From Acidipropionibacterium sp. (GTDB lineage: Bacteria > Actinomycetota > Actinomycetes > Propionibacteriales > Propionibacteriaceae), in contig JALCLH010000001.1 of NCBI GenBank assembly GCA_022647765.1, forward strand, positions 227,480 to 291,479: 64,000 nucleotides of DNA, in the 5' to 3' direction. A program made the position numbers and the translations under genes. Position 1 is the stretch's first letter. The number at the start of each line of letters is the position of its first letter. The notes beneath the pieces were generated by a model. That model saw nothing but the letters and a program-made list of their open reading frames with translations, did not search any database and had not been told where the DNA came from. Positions 39,131 through 46,566 of the stretch are shown here, piece after piece.

Positions 39131-40146
39131 GTGGCGATGACATGATCCTGTACGAGACGCCGGACGGACTCCGCATGCAGTTGCGTGCCTCCGGGAGCAC
39201 GGTGTGGCTCACTCAGGCTGAGATCGCGACGCTCTATGACACGTCGTTGCCGAACGTGGCGCAGACCATCGCACGTGTGCTGGCCGATGGCGAGGTCACC
39301 GAGGCAACGATTAACTCAGAGTTAAGGGTTCAGCGAGAGGGTTCCCGTGATGTGCGGCGTCAGGTGAAGGTCTACAACCTGGACATGGTCTTGGCGGTCG
39401 GCTACCGGTCGACGTCGCAGAGAGCCGTTCAGTTCCGTCAGTGGGCCACTAGCGTGCTCCGAGAGTATCTGGTCAAGGGCTTCGCGATGGACGATGAACG
39501 GCTCAAGGGACGCGATGTCGATGACTACTTCGATGAGTTGCTGGATCGCATCCGGGACATCCGTGCATCGGAAAAGCGATTTTACCAGAAGGTTAAGGAT
39601 CTGTACACGTTGGCGATCGACTATCGCAGCAATAGCGAGGAAGCCCGAATGTTCTTCAAGAAGGTACAGAACAAGATGCTCTGGGCCATCACGGGGCACA
39701 CGGCGGCAGAGATCATCACGGACCGCAGTGATCCTGACGCTGTGAATATGGGGCTCACATCGTGGAGAGGTAACCGTGTTCGGAAGGGTGACGTAGACAC
39801 AGCCAAGAATTACCTCTCGGAAGATGAAATTGACGAGCTGAATCGGATCGTCACAATGTATCTGGATTACGCAGAGGATCAAGCGAAACGACATCGGACT
39901 ATGACGATGGCCGACTGGAGTGAGAGGCTGGATGCGTTTCTCCAGTTTAATGGACGAGATCTTCTCACCCATGCTGGAACGGTACAGGCCGAAGTTGCGA
40001 AGCAACTCGCCGAAGAACGATATAAGAAATATGCCGCTGATCGCCGAAGGGCGGAAGCTATTGAGGCTGATCGCGAGGACCTGGCTGCTGTCGAAGCGAT
40101 TCAGCGACATGCCCTCGGAGCAGACGAAACAGAACGGGACCGCTGA
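39127..40146 (+). CDS. RhuM family protein
   Basis: VWLTQ, YNLDMVLAVGYR, FRQWAT, IRDIRASEKRFY and AKNYL motifs. Confidence 0.9.
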   Translation: MSGDDMILYETPDGLRMQLRASGSTVWLTQAEIATLYDTSLPNVAQTIARVLADGEVTEATINSELRVQREGSRDVRRQVKVYNLDMVLAVGYRSTSQRAVQFRQWATSVLREYLVKGFAMDDERLKGRDVDDYFDELLDRIRDIRASEKRFYQKVKDLYTLAIDYRSNSEEARMFFKKVQNKMLWAITGHTAAEIITDRSDPDAVNMGLTSWRGNRVRKGDVDTAKNYLSEDEIDELNRIVTMYLDYAEDQAKRHRTMTMADWSERLDAFLQFNGRDLLTHAGTVQAEVAKQLAEERYKKYAADRRRAEAIEADREDLAAVEAIQRHALGADETERDR

Positions 40147-42755
40147 TGGAAACCGCACCCCTGAAGAGCTTTGCCACGTGGGCTCGTGCAGAACTCATCA
40201 CTCAAGTAGGTGCTCGCATCACCGCAGTTCTCGCTCCAGGGTCACCGGAACAGACTGAGAACCCGCGCGCCATTCGAGCTCTAGAAGCTGGCATCAAGGG
40301 GGCTGGAGGTGGCATCAAAGGCAAGGAAGCCGTCGCTGACAAGGTCGCTTACACCTGGTTCAACCGCATCGTCGCCCTCAGGTTCATGGATGCCGGCGGT
40401 TACACCACCGCTGGAATCGTGTCACCCGCAGCAGGGCAAGCGGTCGGACAGCCGGAGGTCCTTGCAGACGCCAAACGTGGTGTCTTCGACCCTGACGTTG
40501 TCACCGATTCAACACTTGTTGTCCTCAACGGCCTGCTGGATGGGACCCGCCCCAGCATTGACCCTCAAGGCGAGGCCTACACACTGTTGCTCGCCGAGTA
40601 TTGCCGGTATTGGAACAAGTCGATGCCGTTCATGTTCGAACGCGAGGGCGACTACACCGAACTCCTGATTCCTGCCAACCTGCTGGCGGACGAGTCCATC
40701 CTGGCCCGCGCCGTCGCCACCATGACACCAGACGTCTGCCGGGACGTGGAGGTGATCGGCTGGCTGTACCAGTTCTACATCTCTGAGCGGAAGGATGAGG
40801 TCTTCGCGGGTTTTAAGAAGAACAAGAAGGCCGGAGCCGCTGAGATCCCGGCTGCCACGCAGCTTTTCACCCCGCACTGGATCGTTCGCTATCTCGTTGA
40901 GAACTCTGTTGGGCGCCTGTGGATGCTCAACCATCCAGAGTCTCATCTGGCCGACCAGATGGATTACTACATCGCACCGGTCGATGAGGAGCCGGACTAC
41001 CTCAAACTGACCGGCCCCGAAGCCCTGACAGTCGTCGACCCCGCCTGCGGATCGGGGCACATGCTCACGTATGCCTTCGACCTCCTTTACGCGATATACG
41101 AGGAAGAGGGCTACAGTCCATCCGAGATACCCAGCCTGATCCTCAGTCACAACCTCTACGGCACCGAGATTGATTCGCGCGCTGGAGCGCTTGCGGCATT
41201 CGCGCTGACCATGAAGGCACGAGCCAGGCAGCGGACTTTCTTCAACAAGAAGGTTGAGCCGCACATCTGCGTCATCGAACCGATCTCGTTCAGCGCCGAC
41301 GAGCTTGGCTACCTCGTGACTGAGGATGGCGACCGCCAGGCGGAGGAGGCGTTCTGGAACCAGTTCGAACACGCAGACACCTTCGGCTCGCTCATTCGGC
41401 CGGACTCTGATCTGGCTGTCCGGCTCGCTGAGCACCTCGTAGCTCTCGACGACGAGGGTGACCTGCTCCGCGCTGACGCTATCGACTGGGCTCGCCGTGC
41501 CATCAACCAGGCGGGGTACTTGGAGCAGCAGTACTCGGTCGTGGTTGCCAATCCACCCTACATGGGCAGTAAGCAGATGAACCCACTCCTTTCACAGTTC
41601 ATGAAAGAAGCGCATCCGGACGCGAAGTCTGACCTCTTCGCAGGCTTCATCCAGCGCTGCACCAACCTCGCCCGGCCACGAGGAATGGTAGCCATGATCA
41701 CGATGCAGTCGTGGATGTTCCTCAGCTCGTACGAGAAGCTTCGCGCCTCACTGCTGGCTCACCAACAGATCACGTCGATGCTTCATCTCGGTGCGCGCGC
41801 CTTCGACTCGATCGGTGGCGAGGTCGTCTCCTCGACGGCGTTCATCCTGACGAACCAGCCATCAGCAAACCGAGCCTCCACCCGTGGACGGACGGGCGCG
41901 TTCATCCGTCTCGTCGACGGGATGTCGGAAGCGGAGAAGATCTCAGCGTTGCGCACTGCCCTTGTCATGCGAACCACGGACGTGGGCTTCTACCTCGCAT
42001 CTGCCGAGGACTTCGCCGCCGTCCCCGGATCCCCGATCGTCTACTGGCTGAGTGAAAAGATGCGAGCAGCTTTCTCAGTGGGCCGTCCACTCAGCGATGT
42101 AGCCGATCTTCGGCAAGGCCTCGCCACTGCGGACAACAGTCGGTTCCTTCGACAGTGGTGGGAGGTCTCACGCAGCCGCTCTGCGTTCACTTGCACGTCA
42201 CGTGAAGAGGCTGCTTCAAGCGGTGCGCGCTGGTTCCCGTACAACAAGGGTGGCGAGTTTCGGAAGTGGTACGGCAACCATGAGTTCGTGGTCAACTGGG
42301 AGCACGACGGCGCTGAGATTCGAACATTCGGAGTAGAAGACGGGGGACGACCGAGGTCACGCGCTCAGAACACGGGAACGTACTTTTCACCGTCAGTGTC
42401 ATGGTCCGATATATCGTCGGGTGAAGCCGCCTTCAGGCGATATCCAGCGGGTTTCATCCACGATTCGACGGGACACTCGGGCTTCGGAGAGCGGACTCTC
42501 CTTGATCAGATTGCCCTGCTCCTGAACTCAACCTACGTCATGGAGGTCATGAAGGTGCTCGCGCCAACGATGCACTTCCATATCGGGTACGTCGGGCTGG
42601 TACCGGTAGCATCTGATGCCAACCATCTTCCCGCCAGTGTGGTGCAACGTTTGATCGAAACATCTCACACAGATTGGGATCTAGCTGAGATGTCATGGAG
42701 CTTCGAACGCAATCCCTTGATCACGCTTGCCAGGCCGCTCAGGGGCCTGGACTGA
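40146..42755 (+). CDS. pglX: BREX-1 adenine methyltransferase PglX: N-terminal, MTase and expressed specificity module A; C-terminal domain absent
   Basis: AYTWFNR, GWLYQFY, ATQLFTP, DPACGSGH, NPPY and WFPYNKGG motifs; stops just after the DW..SW.F.RNPL motif. Confidence 0.95.
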   Translation: METAPLKSFATWARAELITQVGARITAVLAPGSPEQTENPRAIRALEAGIKGAGGGIKGKEAVADKVAYTWFNRIVALRFMDAGGYTTAGIVSPAAGQAVGQPEVLADAKRGVFDPDVVTDSTLVVLNGLLDGTRPSIDPQGEAYTLLLAEYCRYWNKSMPFMFEREGDYTELLIPANLLADESILARAVATMTPDVCRDVEVIGWLYQFYISERKDEVFAGFKKNKKAGAAEIPAATQLFTPHWIVRYLVENSVGRLWMLNHPESHLADQMDYYIAPVDEEPDYLKLTGPEALTVVDPACGSGHMLTYAFDLLYAIYEEEGYSPSEIPSLILSHNLYGTEIDSRAGALAAFALTMKARARQRTFFNKKVEPHICVIEPISFSADELGYLVTEDGDRQAEEAFWNQFEHADTFGSLIRPDSDLAVRLAEHLVALDDEGDLLRADAIDWARRAINQAGYLEQQYSVVVANPPYMGSKQMNPLLSQFMKEAHPDAKSDLFAGFIQRCTNLARPRGMVAMITMQSWMFLSSYEKLRASLLAHQQITSMLHLGARAFDSIGGEVVSSTAFILTNQPSANRASTRGRTGAFIRLVDGMSEAEKISALRTALVMRTTDVGFYLASAEDFAAVPGSPIVYWLSEKMRAAFSVGRPLSDVADLRQGLATADNSRFLRQWWEVSRSRSAFTCTSREEAASSGARWFPYNKGGEFRKWYGNHEFVVNWEHDGAEIRTFGVEDGGRPRSRAQNTGTYFSPSVSWSDISSGEAAFRRYPAGFIHDSTGHSGFGERTLLDQIALLLNSTYVMEVMKVLAPTMHFHIGYVGLVPVASDANHLPASVVQRLIETSHTDWDLAEMSWSFERNPLITLARPLRGLD

Positions 42756-43868
42756 GCGGAATCGACGTCTCCCCGCGCTCGAAGAGTGCGACGAGCGGGT
42801 TGTATCGGAACCCCCAAGACGTCTCGGAGGTATTCCAATCGACCCTCGCGGCATCCACTGCCATTGCTGCGATGGTGGCTCCGCGGCCTGCGGCCGCTTC
42901 CGCGACGGGAAGGCCAGCGACCTGCCCCACTTCGTAGTTGAGCGTCGGAGCGATCGCAGCCAGCAGTTCAAGTGCCACTTGAGAATTTGCGAAAGAGATC
43001 ACCCTACGTGCCACTTGGCCCGCGGTTACAAAGATCGATGTGCCGGCAACGTCATAGAGGAATCCAGGTGGGTAGGCCCTGAACGCCGGAGCGCCGCTGC
43101 TAATTTTGGACCATGACACTGACGGTGAAAAGTACGTTCGTGGGTTCCGGATCACTGAGCGTGGCTTGAAAGCGACGATCTCAGCGCCGTCGTGCTCCCA
43201 GTTGACCACGAACTCATGGTTGCCGTACCACTTCCGAAACTCGCCACCCTTGTTGTACGGGAACCAGCGCGCACCGCTTGAAGCAGCCTCTTCACGTGAC
43301 GTGCAAGTGAACGCAGAGCGGCTGCGTGAGACCTCCCACCACTGTCGAAGGAACCGACTGTTGTCGCCGGTCTGGAGGCCGACAGCGAGCGAGGCCACCG
43401 CGCCCAGCGGCGCGCCCGCGGTGAAGACCGCTCGCATCTTTTCACTCAGCCAGTAGACGATCGGGCATCCGGGGATGGCCGCGAAGTCCGCCTGTGACAC
43501 CTCGTAGCGGTTGTACGCAGAGTCGCGGAAGAGTGCCTCGATTGCGGAAACCGACCTGACATCGACGTGATGCTCGAAGAGCCGGCGATACACACCACGC
43601 GCTGAGTTGGCCGGAGCGTTGTCGATCACAAAGGCGACGGTCCCGAAGTCGGACCCGAAGATGCCACGGCCGAGGTGGACCATCGACGAGATGCGCTGGA
43701 TCCGGAGCAGGTCGTGTCGCAGGTCTTCGAACGACTTCAGCGACATCCACGACGGCAGATTGATCATGGCCCAGGTTCCACGAGAGACTGTGAGCTCCTG
43801 GGCACGGACCATGAACGCCGTCATGAGGTCGGCCTTGCCAGTGGAGTACTCCTCCTTCATGAACTGTG
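41593..43868. repeat. Four nested inverted-repeat pairs delimiting an invertible pglX cassette
   Basis: 13 bp 41593-41605/43856-43868; 36 bp 42032-42067/43430-43465; 188 bp 42132-42319/43178-43365; 32 bp 42376-42407/43108-43139; each pair read as a perfect match by eye. Confidence 0.93.
42739..43868 (-). other. pglX: Silent inverted alternative pglX specificity module B (open frame)
   Basis: Colinear paralogue of pglX from QFMKE to NPL, without stops; homology begins exactly at the 13-bp repeat. Confidence 0.9.
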
Positions 43869-43950
43869 TTGTGGTGAGCCGTATACCCGTCTCGGCGAAG
43901 GCCGTCCGGCTCTCCACGCTCCAGTACTCCGTCTCGGACGGAAAACGCAG

Positions 43951-43972
43951 ATGGCTATCCCGATGGCTACCC
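43951..43972. repeat. Tandem arm-type-like repeat pair left of the integrase
   Basis: ATGGCTATCCC-G-ATGGCTACCC, 12-bp period. Confidence 0.7.
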
Positions 43973-44006
43973 TGAAAACCAACGACTCCTCGTTGATCAT
44001 GGAGTC

Positions 44007-45224
44007 ATGTCACAGATCAAGCAACGCAGCAAGGGAGCTGGCTCGGTCTACCAGAACTCTCGGGGGCAGTGGGTGGCCTCGATCGAGGCCGGGTGGACAG
44101 AACGGGGAACGCGGCATCGCATCACCCTGAAGGCGCGAACGGAAACTGGAGTTCGCGACCGACTCGCTGAAGCACAGCGGCGGATTGCGGCCGAGGGGCA
44201 CGCCGTCCAGACCAGTGGTCGTATCACTGTCAAACGGTGGGCCGATCAATGGCTAGAACAGAGGCAGCGCATCGTCAGGCCCGGCACGTACGTCTCGGAT
44301 CGCTCAGGAGTCGGCCGCTGGATTGTCCCTACGATTGGGCACCTGCATCTCGATGCTCTAGCGCCCGCGGACATTCGGAAGGTCGCGACGGCCCAGGAGG
44401 AAGCTGGTCTGGCACTGGCAACGATGCAGCGCACGCATGCTGTGCTCAGCAAGATCCTGTCCGATGCCGTGGCTGAGGGATACACCGTTCCTCAACGTGC
44501 CAGGGAGACGGACGGTCCGGGTTCCGGGCTTTCTCCGAGGCAGCCGTTGACTGCACAGGACGCGGCGAAGATTCTTGCTGTGGCCACCGCCCGTCCCGAC
44601 GCCTCGCGATGGGTAGCTGCGCTCATTGAGGGCCTTCGGCCCGCAGAGGCGCTTGGTCTGACCTGGGACATGGTGGATCTAGGGGCGCAGACGATGACGC
44701 TCGCCTGGCAGCTCAAGGCACTGCCATACGTCGAGTTCAGGCAACCAGCGAGTGGGTTCCGGGTTCCGCGCGGATTCGAATCCCGGCAAGTCCATGGGGC
44801 ATATCACCTGGTCCGGCCCAAGACTCGTGCCGGGAGCCGTGTCATACCGCTCGTGCCATGGTTGGTCGAGTCGCTCTCGTCCTGGATGGAGTGCGCCCCT
44901 CCATCTCCGTGCGGGCTAGTCTGGCCTCGAGCGGACGGCACGCCGCGATCCGCGGAGGTGGATCGCCGTGAATGGTACGAGATCGTCAAGGAAGCGGGGG
45001 TGACAGTCACACTCCCGGATGGCAGCAGCCGCAGGCCATTGCTCTACGAGGCGCGCCACACCGCAGCCACGCTGCTACTCGCCAACGGGGTGGACGAGAC
45101 CACGATCAAGGCCATACTCGGGCACTCCTCGGTGCTGAGTACGCAATCCTACTTGCACACCGACAGGACGAGGACCCGAGCGGCGCTTGCGGCATCCGCT
45201 GAAATGATCGGACTGGGCGGATAG
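44007..45224 (+). CDS. Tyrosine recombinase/phage-type integrase
   Basis: N-terminal GSVYQ arm-binding-like domain, GLRPAEALGLTW, YEARHTAAT, LGHS..T..Y. Confidence 0.95.
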   Translation: MSQIKQRSKGAGSVYQNSRGQWVASIEAGWTERGTRHRITLKARTETGVRDRLAEAQRRIAAEGHAVQTSGRITVKRWADQWLEQRQRIVRPGTYVSDRSGVGRWIVPTIGHLHLDALAPADIRKVATAQEEAGLALATMQRTHAVLSKILSDAVAEGYTVPQRARETDGPGSGLSPRQPLTAQDAAKILAVATARPDASRWVAALIEGLRPAEALGLTWDMVDLGAQTMTLAWQLKALPYVEFRQPASGFRVPRGFESRQVHGAYHLVRPKTRAGSRVIPLVPWLVESLSSWMECAPPSPCGLVWPRADGTPRSAEVDRREWYEIVKEAGVTVTLPDGSSRRPLLYEARHTAATLLLANGVDETTIKAILGHSSVLSTQSYLHTDRTRTRAALAASAEMIGLGG

Positions 45225-45240
45225 TCTAGGCAGACAGACC

Positions 45241-45263
45241 TTGGCTACCCCCATGGCTACCCC
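45241..45263. repeat. Tandem arm-type-like repeat pair right of the integrase
   Basis: TTGGCTACCCC-C-ATGGCTACCCC, same orientation and period as the left pair. Confidence 0.7.
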
Positions 45264-45329
45264 TTCAGCGCTTGCGTGGCGGCCGACGACGAAAATCAAC
45301 TCCCTAGCGAACTCTCGTGAGGCACCCCG

Positions 45330-46352
45330 TTGAAGACGCTTGAACAGATCGTTGCGCAACATCGAGAAGAGTGGGCCGCTCGGTCGCGCGCACAGCAACA
45401 GCTCGAGATCGAGAACAACGAAGCCGTCGCGAAGCTGTATGGGCTGGAGGACGAGGTTCCTTCGTATGTTCCCCTCGAGCGTGTGTCGCTCACCAACAAC
45501 TCCGCGTTTCGGTGGCCGAACAAGACGCCTGAGGAGCGCGACACCTTGTTCACGGAGGCCGCCATCGTGGACCTCGTCTCCTACGCTGTCGGCTGCATGC
45601 TCGGGAGGTACAGCCTCGACAAGTCCGGCCTGATTCTCGCCGACCAAGGGGCGACAGTGCAGGACTATCTCGCCAGGGTGCCGTCACCGACGTTTCCGCC
45701 GGATGCGGACAACGTCCTCCCGATCGTTGACGGCGACTGGTTCGAAGACGACATCGTCGCCAAGTTCCGCGAGTTCCTGTGCGTGGCGTTCGGCGAGGAG
45801 CACTTCGAGGGGAATCTGCACTTCGTCGAGCAGGCTCTCGGTGTGAAAACTCTTCGGGACTACTTCATCAGCCGTGGCGGCAAGTCGAAGTTCTATGACG
45901 ACCATGTGAAGCGATACAAGAAGCGCCCGATCTACTGGCTGTTCTCCAGCCCGAAGGGCTCCTTCAACGCGCTGATCTACATGCACCGCTACACTCCCTC
46001 AACCGTGTCGACGGTGCTCAACGAGTATCTGCGCGAGTATGAGGCAAAGCTGGAAGCGAGTGTCCACAATCGGGAGCGAGAGGCGGTCGGGGCGGGCTCA
46101 CCGCGGCAGCAGGCGGCAGCCGCTAAAGAGGCCGAGCATCTGCGGAAGATTCTGATGGAGCTCGGCGAGTACGAGCACGATGTGCTGTACCCGCTTGCGA
46201 CCCGGCAGCTTGTGATAGATCTGGACGATGGCGTCTTGGTCAACTACCTGCGGTTTGGAAAGGCGCTCAGGAATTTTGGCTTGGAGAAGGAGCGCAAAAA
46301 GGTCGAGGGATGGGGCTGGCCCACGAACAGACTGGAGTCATCGGATGTGTGA
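45330..46352 (+). CDS. pglX: PglX C-terminal domain as a separate ORF
   Basis: LEIENN..YGL.DE, SYAVGCMLGRYS, HVKRYKKRPIYWLFSS and IDLDDGVLVNY motifs; GAGG RBS 7 nt before TTG; in-frame stop at 45318. Confidence 0.88.
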   Translation: MKTLEQIVAQHREEWAARSRAQQQLEIENNEAVAKLYGLEDEVPSYVPLERVSLTNNSAFRWPNKTPEERDTLFTEAAIVDLVSYAVGCMLGRYSLDKSGLILADQGATVQDYLARVPSPTFPPDADNVLPIVDGDWFEDDIVAKFREFLCVAFGEEHFEGNLHFVEQALGVKTLRDYFISRGGKSKFYDDHVKRYKKRPIYWLFSSPKGSFNALIYMHRYTPSTVSTVLNEYLREYEAKLEASVHNREREAVGAGSPRQQAAAAKEAEHLRKILMELGEYEHDVLYPLATRQLVIDLDDGVLVNYLRFGKALRNFGLEKERKKVEGWGWPTNRLESSDV

Positions 46353-46566
46353 TCGTTTGGGGTTCAGCGGTGAAGGCTGGGTGAGTGCCCATGAGGGCAA
46401 GGCGATGGAGTTCAAGCGTGACCTGTCCTCGCTGACGAAGCCTTTGCAGACGATCGTCGTGTTTGCGAACTCTGCTGGTAGGCGCCTGGTGATCGGTGTC
46501 AACGACCACGGCACGGTGGCCGGCGTCGCGGACCCTCTCGCTAAGGGTCAGGAGGGTGCCGAATGA
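46345..46566 (+). pseudogene. Truncated AlbA_2 (Schlafen-like) domain ORF, 73 aa
   Basis: EFKRD..FANSAG.RLVIGVND; homologous to the 5' end of the gene at 62196. Confidence 0.75.

Noticed and set aside
40248-40254. Other GAACAGA heptamers (40248 and 44256) as recombination sites
   Set aside because: A 7-mer is expected by chance at this scale, and there is no supporting breakpoint or dyad.
42739-43917. Module B as an independently expressed 392-aa gene
   Set aside because: It lacks the methyltransferase motifs, homology starts exactly at the 13-bp repeat, and there is no convincing RBS; better read as a silent cassette.
44007-45224. Integrase as evidence of a prophage
   Set aside because: No phage structural, replication or repressor genes nearby.
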